A DNA stretch of 64,000 nucleotides from Raillietiella orientalis (taxonomy: Eukaryota), in contig JAYWIR010000015.1 of NCBI GenBank assembly GCA_036172245.1, positions 2,542,001 to 2,606,000 on the forward strand. The letters are read 5' to 3'. A program made the translations under genes and the position numbers. Numbering within the stretch: position 1 is the stretch's first letter; each line of letters opens with the position of its first letter. Of the stretch, positions 37,960-50,690 are shown in pieces. A model generated the notes under the pieces. The model was not told where the DNA came from and searched no databases. It worked only from the letters and a program-made list of their open reading frames with translations.

Positions 37960-39000
37960 TATTTGGTCGTCGGAGACAGAAGACCGGAGCAGAAGAAGAG
38001 TGAGAACAATAAATCAAAAAGTAAATCAATAATGAAAGGAGTAGATGAGAAACACGGACCAATCGTGCCACATCTGAATCCTGTGTGGGATACAGGTGAC
38101 GTCCACCTCCTCTCTTTTCTATCGATAGGATCATTTCGCCACCTAATCACCGTGAAGGAGGTGGGCATGCGGCCTTCAGTCTTTGCCAATGCAGTTCCGA
38201 TGCGCGTGGAAGGCCACCATCTTCCTCCTGAGGTAACATCAGATCGTTGCTGATTAGGCAGGAGAAAGTCCGTTGCCCTCGAAGGATAGGGGTGAGAGCT
38301 TCGTTGGAAGATCCCTCTTATCCTCGCAATGAGGAAAGGATAGCTGAATCATGTGCATTTTCCATTTTGGATAAAGATCAGATTCCTAAGTACCGCATCG
38401 TTTTTTCATGTAGCCAACTTTTTTTTCAAAGATGGGAAACCAGAAGGACGCAGATAGCTGTACGTCGGACCCTATCTGCACACATGCAAATAACAAGTCA
38501 CGAGTCACTTAGCAACGATGCATTGAAGCATACTCAGGAACGCACTTCGAAGTTCCCGCCGTCGGATTCTGGATGACTCTTGTCGCAAGCTTCAGATATC
38601 CAGATGAAAAGGAACTGAACAAAAACAAGCAGAGGATGTGCGAGATTGGGAAAGAGAGTGAAAGGAGTCCATCAAGAAGTCACGAGATGCAAACCTAAGA
38701 CTCGAAGAAAAATCCAAGGATTCTCAGGGATGCTGTCCTGTTCTCATTCCTCGGAGATCCACATCCACTGTGTTATAAGGAGGAATAGACTCGTGATCCA
38801 ACGGAGCGTTCGGCTGACCGAAATGGCGGATTGCAACAGAAAATGTCCCTTTCCCCCGAGCGAAAACTCGCGCAAGGGCAAACGCAGAATGGGGACTGAC
38901 GCCACTAGCACGCGGGCTAGTAACAACTTTCCCGGAAGACGTGTCCTTTTTGAGGGGCACATCCTTCTTTCGACCCGGAAAGAACGTAGCGCTTCTCATA
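37960..39000 (-). mobile_element. Decayed CR1-like RT
   Basis: SPRASGVS..LARVFA..LDHESIP, TKLSPLSFEGNGL, TDFL..QQ, VSHTGFRCGTIGPCF..FIIDL (cf. GVPQGSILGP.LF.IFINDL). Confidence 0.5.
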
Positions 39001-39549
39001 TAAAAAAAAAGAGAGGGAGGGGAACAGTCAGGAAATGCCTAGCAACAGCTGTACCACCCCGAAGCCGCGACTCATTTCGAGTATGGACATGAGGAGAAAG
39101 GGGGGGAAAGGGGGAAGAGAGAGAAAGGAAGAGGGTGGCAGGTTCCTTATGTGAACGGAAGGCTCGTGCTCCTTCACCCTCCGCCTTGACCAAGTAATGG
39201 CAGCAGGCCAATTTGAACGTAGGCCATTTTCTTCGGGAGAGGAAAAGTTCCCCCGGGGCAACCAAAGGATGCTCCTGAAGGTGGTCTTAGCCGTGTTCGT
39301 TCCTTCAATGTTCTGGAACGAATGGACGGCCAGTCTCATGGTTCTCCGGAGCGATTATCTCTTCTCTGTCCGCAGCCCCTTTAAGCCGATCGATGGAGAG
39401 GAAAGAAGAGATTTGCATGACACAGTGTCCGAAGAGTGTCCAAAGAAGTCTTCCCTTCCAGCTTCTCTAGACTCCTCCCCCCCTTCTCTTCCTCCTCTGG
39501 AAGAAGCCCGCAGCTCGTCCCGTTGAAATATCTTGCCGTCAAGCGTTGC

Positions 39550-40170
39550 GGGTTCCTCTGTTCTTCGTGGCGCGATAACATCTGCGGAACTATCCCGGAG
39601 TCACGTAGCCACGGTCAGGCACGAGGGTTTGATGGATGCACGTTTGAGTCCTCTGCTTTGGGATGATGAATTCCACTCTCTCCTCTCTTTCGGTCGCAGG
39701 ATACGCTGAAGGGAAGCTGGGGGCTTCAGCTTTGCTCAAGACCACGGAACGAGTTGGGCGGTTTCCTAGGACACTCTTCTTGATTGGAGCAATAGAAGGG
39801 AGACGGTAGCGCTGCCTAGCCTGGCGGAGAGAAGGACAGATACCCCTTCTTGATCTTCAAAAGAGCGCACGGTCTGTAACTTCCACAAGAAAGGGAGGAC
39901 AAAGGACTGAGTTCTCGGGAAGTGCCAGAATGCAATGGTGCCCTTAGCACTAGGATGCACCTCGGATCAAGTCGAGCTTCCTTGATAAGAAGTTTCCTGT
40001 CTTCCACCTCTTCTTTCTCAGAACCCTCGTTTCCTTGGAACGAAAGAAACCGTCGCCTTTTCTGCGCATGTGCCAAGGTATGAGAGTGAGGATCTCTTCG
40101 TAGATCTGAAAGATGCATTGGAAGGAGTGGCTCGCAGAGATTTGAAAATGCTGGTCCAGCCGTCAACGTA
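39550..40170 (-). mobile_element. Decayed LINE RT N-terminal fragment
   Basis: APLHSG..SCGSYRPCALL..K (cf. PIHK.G..C.NYRPIALL), NSFRG, GLKRA. Confidence 0.45.
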
Positions 40171-40649
40171 GCCCATGTGGGATGTAGCGCCTGCAGAAGG
40201 GATTCTCCGTTCTGAACCCAGTAAACATCAGGGGTCCATCTTGTGTGCGTTCGTAAAAGATCGAGCCGGTGCTGCCACGACTGCTGAAGTGCACCTCGTC
40301 GGAAGACATAAAGTAGGAACTCACGAGGAAAACAAGTTCTTAAGAAGTCTAAGCGGGTTCGTCATCTGCTAGGAAACAAACTCACGGGAAGCAGGAACCA
40401 CGTGATTCCCGACAATGCGGTCTATTCCACAGTCCAATGCGCAGATGGGACTTGCCATTCTTTCATCTGCGCCAAAACACAGATTGGTAGTGAATGCGAA
40501 CCGTTCGAGGAAAAGGGAGAAGACAGTGAAAATAAATAAATGCTTAAATAGAGGAAGGAGGATAGATTTGGGATTGCCTCCCTGTGGTCTTCTTTCCGGC
40601 TTGCTGACAAAGGAGCACCGGCTCCGGTAAGAGCATCCAACACCGATCA

Positions 40650-41160
40650 GCCTGCAAACCGAAAAATGATGGGTTGCTCACAAAACTTAGGATCCCTTGC
40701 TCCCATGCGGAAAATGTAAAGAGGATAACGCGTTTCCAGCTTAGCCGTGACACCTACCGGGATGAACAACTATCAGAACACCTTTGACAAGATAATAACA
40801 TGGTGGAAACTGTTAAGCGTCCTCCCCTATCCTCAACGTCTATTTTGCTTGCACTAACAAGTGATCGGCATGCTTTGGTCTTCCTGGGACCACCTCCTCG
40901 CTCTCCCTCAAGGGATGCTGTGGTGGAGGTGATTCCGCTCTGCTGACTGCCTGTCTTGCCTCCAGGTGCGTTTAGTAGTGCTGCGCACGCAACGCGATGT
41001 TGCGATCTCTGCAGCTGAAACGAGAGAGAATCGATCTCAGATGCAGAATCACCGATGAGGGAGCTTGAATCTCCTTGGATCCTCATCTGGGAGACGCAAG
41101 GTTGCCTCCGAGCTTCTCCGCTCCATGACGAACAACACCGTAGTCTACAGGCGAGCAGGA
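40650..41160 (-). mobile_element. Decayed LINE RT motifs 5-7
   Basis: IQGDSSSLIGDSASEIDSL (cf. YADD..L+ADS..EL..L), RKTKA, KRVILFTF..GILS (cf. ERV..F.YLG). Confidence 0.4.
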
Positions 41161-42169
41161 ACAACTGCGAGGACGCTTAGCAAAGTTAGAGGGGATGCCC
41201 TTCCTCTCTCCCTTCCTGACCTGTTCAGTATTACCGGAGGTTGTTGCAGGTTCAAGAAGAACACTGCCAAATTTTGTCACCCAGAGGAAACCACGCAGCT
41301 GTTCACACACAAAATAGGTGGGTGAGGGGAACTGGAAGTTTCCTGAGGAAGGGCTAGGAGCTCCTCCTTTAAGAACAGTCCTTGAGAGAAGACCCAAGAG
41401 TAAGTGATTGCTCCAGACAGTCGGTCCGAGGACCATCCAAGACCAAGCAAGCGTCCAATGCCAGAAAAAAAAAATGAGCAACGAAAAAAAGAAGAAAATA
41501 CATCTCTCCGGAAGTCGCTGTCCGTGGCGGCCGAGGAAGACCTGACCGTGGTGCGCTACCGCAAGACGTCTTCCTTCGCTGAGGAAATAGAGAGCGGCAC
41601 TTTTGCCTTCTGGCTCGGGAAAGAAGCAGTATTTTTTTCGGAAGGGATCGAGAGAGTGAAGATGTTTCAGAATCACAGATTCCGGACTGCTTCCAGGATC
41701 GAGACCCAAGTGCAGAGATCACAGCGAATCCTGATCTCGCTGCATCTCCCCTTTTCCTCCTCTTATCTCCCGAAACGTCAGTCACCAGCCATTTCCAGAG
41801 AGGATCCGAGAATCACAATAGTAGCGCGAATCGAGCGCTTCTCGGTTCTTTGGCAGCGAACTCGAGGAGTGTAGTAGGCTCCAGGGTGGTTCTGAAGCGG
41901 AAGGAAGCACCCCCCACTCCTCGACTTCTTTCGGAAGCTGCTGTTCAGCTTGGTTCAGTGCCGTCCTCAGAATTCCTTTGGCTCCTCCCGTCCGTGCGAA
42001 GTGGCAAGGAGCGAATGGTAGCTACACGAGTCTCGAAAGTTCGATTTCCTCCTCCACCTATTGGCACATCTAGTGGAAGCTGCTTCCTCTTGCTTCTCGC
42101 ATGCCTTCCGAAATCCATCCAGCTGCAGAGGCAGCAGCATCGTGTAATGAGATCAGGTGCTTAACTTGA

Positions 42170-42600
42170 TCACGAGAGCCGATTTCTTATCCCAGAGCCA
42201 CCCCTTGAAAACCCTTCATAGAGATGCAGCTTTGTAGCTGTGTCGCCGAAGCTGCATCTAGGCAGCATCCCGTTGCGGTCTCTAAATAGGCGTTCTCGAA
42301 AGATGCTTTCGGATGTAGAGTCCGAGATTGAGCTCCGCGGCCACGCGAATGCCATGCCTTTTCCTGATTTGCTTCTCTCGGAAGATTGACTCCAGGAATT
42401 CCTCCAGTGCATCCACTCACAATTCTTCCTATCCGGAACCTCCGCTGGGAAGGCCCACAGCGGATCAAAGGCATTGGCCACGATCCGCGTCAGCGTCCGC
42501 ACCTGCTTCCCCTCGCTTCAGACGCATTGGATCGAAACTCCTTTCACCCTGCCTCCTCTCCCAACAGAAGGCTCTCCGGGCGCCTTCCCTGATGCGCTGT
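42170..42600 (-). mobile_element. Decayed Jockey/CR1-like RT fragment
   Basis: LKRGEAG followed by IVANAFDPLW (cf. DIAKAFD.VWH). Confidence 0.45.
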
Positions 42601-43429
42601 CTAACAAGCGTCCCGCAGGCGGTCTACATTCTCAAACTTGATTCGAAGAGGGAACCCTGTATCACTTACTGCCCTACTAATACTACAATGACTCTCTTCC
42701 TCCATTTTCTCCTCCTCCATTCTCGCCACCTTCCTCCCTCATCCAGCATTTTCATTTCCTCTGGCCAGTGGGTTCCTGGAAGCGAAAGCGGCTAAACCCC
42801 CAACCCCGCTTCCCATCCACCATAGGCGTACCCTCATTTCCCTGCCAGACTTTCAAATGGTAGAGATGCTGGGCATCCCCTGAGAGCATCAGATCACAGA
42901 TAAACAGATGCTTCGGGAAGGAACATTTCGCGCGTGCTCCCTATTCCGATCTCCCCCTACCTCTTGAGCTCGAGCAGTTCTTCGAGGGTTTCCCTCGGTG
43001 GTCTCGATTTTGCTTCGCGAGATGCGCGACGCACGCATCACGTCCCGAGAGGTCATCCTGAGACTTCGAAACTCCAGAGTCAACGATGGTGCGGATCCGC
43101 TTCGGGAGGAGGAAGGAAAGAGGGTAGAGGTGTTGGGAGTGGGATAGCACCTCGGAAATCTCCCGAGCAACCACCAACTGCGGCTACCGCCTGAAGTGCT
43201 GAGCGAGGACCTGGGGGGCGCTCACGCCCTAAACGAACCCGTCCGTCTTCGAAGATGACCTGTCCCCATTCTAGTTTCTCAGACTTTGCTCCTGAGGGCA
43301 ACAGGTCTCACCTCTCGATCTGCATGTCCCTTTGTCTTGTTCTGGTTTCTTTTTCCTACTCGTTCCCTCTTCCTTTTGTCTCTCCTGCCTGTGGATGGAG
43401 AGGAGGAAGCACCTCTGTTGCATTTGACG

Positions 43430-43825
43430 CTAGAGGAACTCCCCGAAAGTCACGGCCTGCAGCCACACATGCCGCTGCCAGCGCTCGCATGCCTCAAGGA
43501 AGCTTAGCGCTTCCACCATTGGACATGAGCATCTCTCTTTGTCGATTTCCCTACTCCCCACGACTTGGCAACGCCCTCGTTGCGACTGCGTGGTCTCCGA
43601 AGCGGCCAAGTGAATCGCTCGGTAAGGTTTTCTCGGAAGAACCACTTTTCCTGTGTGCTTCCGCTCCCTACCCTCTTTAATCAGCAAGCCAATGTCCTCT
43701 TCTGGACCAGACCCCGTTCTTCCAAACGAATCTAATCCTCCATAGTCTCCATGGTGAACAACCCATGGCGGAAGCAGCCCCGCTGGGAGGTAGGCAAGGA
43801 GGGCCACAAGGCAAGGTTGAAGCAT
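43430..43825 (-). mobile_element. Decayed RTE-like APE endonuclease
   Basis: LLAYLP..VVHHGDY..FGRTGSGPEEDIGLLIKE..LPRKPYRAIH..TQSQ (cf. AYAP..GDFN..G..G.G..NDNG.LL..F.KK..HK.TW..SQID). Confidence 0.5.
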
Positions 43826-43999
43826 CCTCTTCCTCCTCCTCTTCTCCTCAGAGAATTAGAGTCTTTGAGCAAACAAGATGATTCTTCTGTCTGTGCCAAG
43901 GCATCTGCACCACATCCGTACTCTCATCCCATCTCTAGACCCTTTCTGAAGGATCTACGTGGGAAGCTCGATAGGTCCTCCTCCATCAGCAGCAGGACT

Positions 44000-44580
44000 C
44001 ATCACTCCGGAAGGAGGAACTGCGTCCACCTCGCCGATCCAAGTGGACGCCGCCAGTCTGAGACCCAGGAATCCCGACCTTGAGAAGGTGCACGGCAGTT
44101 CGAGGAAGTTGGTCCGGAGGCTCCGGAGCACTCCCATCGGGGCAAGACCAAGGTACTGCGGGACTGAACAAGGAGAGGTCCCGGAACCCTCCTTACCGCT
44201 CCCGGTGGGTGCGGGAGCACTTCCTGAACAAAAGGAGGGAGGAGAGGTCCCTCTCCCTTCCTCCCAAAGTATGTGGGAGCCCCACTGAGGTTCGCCTGCT
44301 CCCTACCAATCCATGACACGGGGGGTTCACCTTTCCCCCCTCAGGGGCTTTCGACAGAGCTGACATTCTGCCTCGAGGCGAGGATCTCTCGGCAGTGATT
44401 GATCGACAGTGAGTGCAGCCAGCGCCATCCGACATCGGGTTGGGGCGATGTTGTCTGCTGCAGGAAACGTCTTGACAAAACCGTTATTTCCTGCAATCGT
44501 CCTTGCCCGAGTTCCTGGAGGAGAAACGAAGGGTGAAAGCGGAAGGGAAAACTTTTGAGCCCTCCTCCCTGTGCCCACTA
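44000..44580 (-). mobile_element. Possible LINE thumb remnant
   Basis: LAALTVDQSL (cf. LG+.+D..L) followed by STLVLPRWEC (cf. LV.P.LEY). Weak. Confidence 0.3.
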
Positions 44581-45899
44581 GGGAGGAAGGGGAGTTATAG
44601 AATGTGGAAAGCGTTCCCTAATGCCTGCATCTCGAAGACGAATGTGTTCCAGGTGTGTTCTCGAACGTAACGTGTGCTTCCCTCCTTCCATCGCAGATCC
44701 CACAGACTCACAAAACGATCCCACTTCCACGAGTTGGGGGAAGCTCGGGATGGAGGAAGAGCAAGCGAGAGAGCCCAGGGCGTAGGAAGCGAGAAGAGAG
44801 GCAGCAGCCTACGGGCTTCCGGATACCGCATCACGGATGGGACGCGGAAACTTCTTTTCTTCCCTACCTTCAGCCCCCGTTCTCTTCCTCCTCGCTTCCG
44901 CCTCCTTTCTTCGTCTCTATTCCCAAAGAAGAGAGAGAGAAAAAAAGGCGGGTTCATCCCGAGTTTCCGCAGGCGCGAGAAGCAGACGACGCTCCACAGG
45001 ATGCCACTACCTATTTCCCGGGAAGCCGCACAAACAGCCATCGATCATGGAGAAGTATCTCGATGTCAGGGATCCGCCACCTCTCCGTCTCTCTCTCGCC
45101 CTCGCGGCGGTGGTGGCGACGAAGGAAGGCGGGAGTCCTCTCGCATCGCTTACCTTCCCCTCTCTCCCCTCCCGCGAGCTTCCCGCGTGCACCACACACC
45201 TTGGACTGGAGGAGAGGTGGAGGGAGGACCGAGGTGCAGGGGCGATCTGCTCTCCCCCTTTCTGCCACGCACGCAAACGTCAGGCGTGACGGAAAGTCCA
45301 ATTAGCTCCCGTGGAGCCAGGCATGCCGGGGGAGGGACGAAAGTCCCGGGACAAGAGGTGCGCACGTGAGGCGTTGGCGATAACGACGAGGGATGAGGTA
45401 GGGGGGGGGGGGGGGTATAAAGCCTTGAGAAGGAAAAATGTTCTCTCATCCTTCCCCTCCCCTCCCCCTTCCTTCCGCGGCAATGGAGTCGGCACCGCCA
45501 TTGAGCCTGCGAGCTTGAATGGCCGCGAAGATCGTGCTCGCTAGATGATGATGGCGGCAGAAGCTGGGTTCGCCTATCTTCCCGGCGAGTGTTCTTACGG
45601 GTGCGCGCTGGAGCACACGTGCAGAGACTGCAGCAAAAAGGAGGGGGAGGGGGGCAACAGCAAGTGATCTGCTGTTGCTTGTCCTTTGGTTCCTACCTGC
45701 GGATGAGACATTAGCAGTTACACGTGGAAGGAAAAGGGGGAGGGCGGGGAGAACTTCGGAGTCTTGGAAACCAGCAATTCCCTTTCAAAGCAGTGAGGCC
45801 CCCTCACACACACTATTTTTCCCAGAGGGTGCCATAAGGCCCCATGACTGCCGCAGTCGTTCCCCTTAAAAATAATCTCACTCGTGCCTTGTCGTTTAA

Positions 45900-46710
45900 C
45901 TCCCGTCGGCCCAGCGGACGAGGAGACAGGGACGTGTTCTACCCGCTCACGGATGGAACGCTACCGCGCTACCATTACAGCTTGCGTTCGCCAGCATCCT
46001 TCTCTGGAAATGCCCCGCCTCAACGTGTTCTTCGTCGCGTGCAGCTGGAAGGGAAGTGCCGCCGATGACGACGACGCAGCAGCTCCTCTTGCGAGCCTGA
46101 GAAGGGAAGACTCAGGGAGACAACAAGCCACGGTGTCGATCCTTGAAAAGATATACTGCGCCGTGGGGATCACCCCATCTCTCTTGCGAGCGCGGTTCTT
46201 GACTGCCGCTTGTCGCATCATCTCCCAGGCGACTCAAAAGCCTCCGGGCGATCCCGAGGAAGTCGAGGTCCTTCAGCACATCCCCTGCGTGTCTTTGATA
46301 CGCAGAACCTTATCAAAGGCTATATGCAGGCGAGATGAAGGTGGTCGGATCTTTAGAACCAAAGTCTTGAAGAGCGATGCGTCTCGTCTGTTCCACGCCC
46401 TAGGGGCATGAAGCCTTTTGCTTTCTTTCCCTACTGTTGCGTCCTCCTCCTTCCCTTCCTCCTTCTCCTCGAAACTCTGTGTGCTTGGGCGTGCTCTCCA
46501 TCCTTTCGTACTCACACACTGAAGACATTGGCACCGTTTTTTGTGGGAACACTCCTCCAGCCTTCCGAAATCATCAAGATGGCCGCTTCGATTCTTGGGG
46601 GCGGAAACGCGCACTCTTCGGAGGAATCTGCCTTCATAGCGTCGCCGTCGCCTAAAAGAGAGACCCGAAAGGGGGCAGACCCATCCCCCAGGGGATTCTT
46701 TCGCCTACCC
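45900..46710 (-). mobile_element. Decayed RTE-like RT
   Basis: KNPLGDG (cf. KAPG.DG), HKKRCQCLQCVSTKG (cf. KKGD..C.NYRG), ESKRLHAPRAWNRRDASLF (cf. EQ.GF.PGR.T.DAIF), LHIAFDKVLR (cf. KAFDKV.R), RGAAASS..LPFQL. Confidence 0.6.
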
Positions 46711-47849
46711 GTGCCGGCGCGGAAAGAACACCTGACACAACTGCTTCCCCTTCATGACGAGTTCCGAGACCGGCGACGCTGCTGGTTTCGCTCTACCGAG
46801 ATGCAGGTTCCTCCTGTTTCGCGGTAGAGTTTGCACACTGCTTCGCTAATTGCGGTCAAGGAGAGCGATGACCGCGCCGGCACACGGACAGCGGGGTAAG
46901 TCGAGGGAGGACCTCAGCCCCTTGCGAGCGGAGGCGTGAGAATCCCAGGACAGGCTGCCTGTTCGACAGCCTATTTTGGGAGCAGACCTCTGCGGCGGTC
47001 ACGCTGGAGGCGGGCGTCGAGGCTGCCCCCTAAGAAGCGCCGACGGAGATCGACTCGGATGGCCTCCGCTACAGACCCCAGCGGAGGAAGGGAGGAAATG
47101 GGCGGAGACGCGGTAGGTGTCTCCGACTCAGGGAAAGAAAGGTAGGGGAGAGACAGGGAAGAAAGCGAATCCATGGGCAGGGATTTTGGAAGAGGAAAGG
47201 AAGACGAGTGCGCCTGTGGGAAGGCATAAAAGACTCCCTTTCTTCGCCGCCACTCATCCCTCATTGTGCATCTCCGTAGGCTCTCGGATGAGAACTGACC
47301 TCGGATCAGCTACACTCAGTACACGCTGCTGCACCCGTTCTCGGCACATGTACGCTCCTCCTCAACCCAGCAGGAACGTTGTATCCGGAAGGTAACCCTT
47401 CCACTGCAGTCCTTCCGTCCTCAAGGAACACCTCAAGTGGTAGTGGTGGTGGTGCGGCAAAGTCTACTGGCGCAGTGACTGATTCCTCTCTTGATTGAGA
47501 CCGCGATCTTCTTGCGGTGCTAACTTCGAGCGACTCTCTCTCTTTCTCGGGTTCGGGATGAGAACTCAGATTTCAAGCCTCGGGTCAACCTTCGTCTCTG
47601 GAGTAAACCGATGGGTAAAATTCCGACGACGGCAGCCTTCGCTTCGTCCCTGAGCATCGGTGAGGAGGGAGAGGGTCAGCACGTCTTGAGAATGCCCTCC
47701 GGGTGGAAAGCGTTTACTTGGAGAACACCCTTCTCCTTCCTCTCACCATACCCTCCTGCCGGCAAACAGCAAGGAGCCGGAGCTGCAGGTTACCTTTCCG
47801 AGGTCTCCTGGAGCGCACGCGGCGCACCGTTGCTCTGAGGCAAACGGGT

Positions 47850-48150
47850 TCTACCCCTTCTCACCAAACGGCTGTCATGTCAGTGCCCTGCGTTGCGCCT
47901 TCACTCCTCTTGCCTTACCAGGTCTCCGGAAGTCATCTCGAATTTCACAGACAGGGACGTCACCACTTGCCCCTTTGGTGCGAGGAATCGAGCGAAGTTC
48001 CCAGCTCCTCTGCCCCGGAGGCATTCTCCATGGTATCCGTAGCTCAGAAAGGGGGTCATCATGAGAACCCTTCCTGGGTTCCCGACTTGCTCAGCAACTG
48101 CATGGGACCGCTTCAGGGTCTCCCCAGTCTTGCAGCCGGAGTTCCTTCTC
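47850..48150 (-). mobile_element. Possible LINE RT N-terminal remnant
   Basis: RMPPGQRSW..SIPRTKG..DDFR (cf. MP..W..LIPK.KG..NYR). Weak. Confidence 0.25.
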
Positions 48151-49894
48151 ACTTGTGGTCCCTCCTCCAGGAGGTGTGCGCTCCCGAAGGCTGAAGTGTT
48201 CCTACCGCGGACTGCTTGCGCCTGCAGGCGAGGAGGGACCTGCTAGGAGTCGTGCGTCCCTACGCAATTGCACGGAAGCAGAGCAGCCACGGACCTTCCC
48301 TGTCCCCACTTCCCGTGAACCCCATTTAGGTGCCTCCGCCTCTCTGCTCCCCCTTCCTCCATGCTAGCCAGAGAAGCGTCCACATCCTCACAGCTCTTCT
48401 TGCGGCGCGCAAGATTCACCGAGAAGTCTTCATGGCCATGGGAGTTCCCCCGAGCTTTGAGCCTTATCGCGGCGCTTGGTGGTCACTAGAGGTCGACACC
48501 TCCCTTTGTCTCTCTCTTGAACCACCAGGAGAACCACGGGAGTTCGGAGCAGTTTGTCCCTTTCCCCTCCGCTCTCCCCTCTCTTCCGCACTCTTATTTT
48601 TCCGAAGGAGGAGAAGGATGGGGAATGAAAGGGGAGAAGAAGGCTTTCCTTCATCTTTTGATGAAGGAAGCCCCAAGTTCGTTTTCTGTGTCCAGGAACG
48701 CTTTTTGCTTTCTCACCTACATCTTCAGTGCTCCATACCTACCAGAGTCCCTGCGGATCTCTGGTGAGTCCTCAGGAGCTTCTTTTGGTGATTCCGGAAG
48801 AGTCACCAAGGATGTGGGTAGGACCGGAGAACTCTGATCTATGACCTGATCCCACACGCATGCACACCCCTGTCTTGCTCCCTAGGAAACCGGGTTCGTC
48901 TTGCAGGGAACGCCATCTGGAGCGCTTGGCAATCGCGTCCTCCTCTGCCCTTCTGCGATCCTACTCCTTGCCCAGCTAGGGGAAAGGGGGACAAAGCAGT
49001 ACCTGCTTTCGGGTTACCTCCTCCTATCGCAGGGAGAAGGAGGAAAGAAGTGAGGGAGGATTGTTCTCACCTGTCCCCTCCCCCGCATTGACTGGGACGC
49101 AGCCAGGTTGAAGGGGAGATTTCTTCAGGGGGAGAGGTTGAGGAAGGAGGAATTCTGTCTCTTCCACGGGAAGGGGAACCCAGGACCTGTGATCAGTCTC
49201 CTACCGCCCTTCTTCCCTCTTCCCCCCACGACAGCCTACTCTCAAGGAGGAAAGAAGCACTCGAGGAAGGGGAGAAAGGGAGAGGAGCCTTCAAGAAGAC
49301 CTTTACGCTGCTGCCTCCACAGACCCCGTCTCCCTCTTCTCCCCACCCTGTCCCACTTCGAGAGCTCTCCTTGGTCCTCCGCGTGAGAAAGGGGGGAGGG
49401 CGTAGGACACCGTAGAATTTGCGTGAGCACCTTTGTCTCGCTTCCTGACAGAGATCGGGGAGAGCTAATCTGTAGCAGAGGAGCAGGGACGACGTCAGTG
49501 CTGTCCAATGAGGGAAGGGAAGGAAGACTGAGGGAACAGAAAGCAGGACTTTTCCTTGGAATTCCTGCTGATGCTCGGGGAGTTTCCCGTCTCTCTGGGT
49601 GTATCCTTTGACTACGTGGTCACTCCCTAGTTTATCCCTTGTCGGTCTCACATAAACCGCCAGCCCTTATCTGTCGAGAAACTCGCCTTTTTCCTGTTCC
49701 TTCCAGCAGCGTGTGATTCCCCGCTGCAGATCAGTCTGGTGGATCGTAGATCGTCGAGAAGATCAGTCAGCCTCAGCATTGCTCAAAGTATCAGCGTGGG
49801 GGAAGAAGGCGGGCGTGGAGAGAGTGAGGCCACGAACTCAGAGAGGACGCTTTTCCTTCCCTGCGACGTTTCCGTTACCACCCAGTTGCTTCGG

Positions 49895-50690
49895 AGCGTT
49901 TATTGATAAAAATAAACATTCACCTTTGTGGCAGGAGGCTTTCTCCTGCCACATTACGAGAGGAACCTATCGAGAACGGCACGCAGGCCGGCGAGGTTCG
50001 CCTCAGCAGCAGAGGGAGAAGGGACAAACAAAAATAAAAACAAAATAAAACTTAATATATACAAAGAACTTTGGAGGGCTCGGGAAGAAATCACAGGCTG
50101 CTGGAGGGCTTCCTCTGCATTCTTGACAGGATGCCGGGAAGTTCCTGTCTCAGAATATCCAGATGGGGCCACTATCCTCATGGAGAGGACGGCACAATAG
50201 ATGGTGCCCTTATCGTTGTGGCCTCCTCTGGCTTTGCTCCATGTAGCCACAATCCCACGTAGGTAGCAAAGGACTGCTAGGGCTGCGGCTGGCTGTAGGG
50301 CGTTCTGCACAAAGGAGTCGCACAGTGTCCCGGGGGGGTGCCAACCGGGACCCGGAGGGTTGTTCTCAAACATTTACATAGGAGCCGGAGGACAATACAG
50401 TCCACTAGGAGGTGAGGGAGGGATTCACGCTCCCTGCACCGGGTACAGTTCGGATTCATACACACCCGTGTCCAGTGATGCCGGTGGACGTTGCACGGGA
50501 GTCCCCAGTGCAGCAGCATCAACGCCGACTCTTGCCACTTTAAGGGGAGAGTGCGGGTGTTCATGAGCACTGGGAGCCTTTCTGTAGCACTGGGTCTTTC
50601 TCCAGAATACCCAGCAGCTTGCCCCAACGCAAAAGTCCTCGGGGTGGGGCACTCGAAGTCGCAGCGTCCGTAAGCTAACCGGTCGTCCAC
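49895..50690 (-). mobile_element. 3' end of an L1/Tx1-like LINE with zf-RVT-type CCHC finger and 3' UTR
   Basis: KWQESALMLLHWGLPCN..NPNCTRCRERESLPHLLVDC (CX2C..HX4C); T-rich 3' UTR; minus-strand AATAAA at 49899-49904. Confidence 0.75.
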
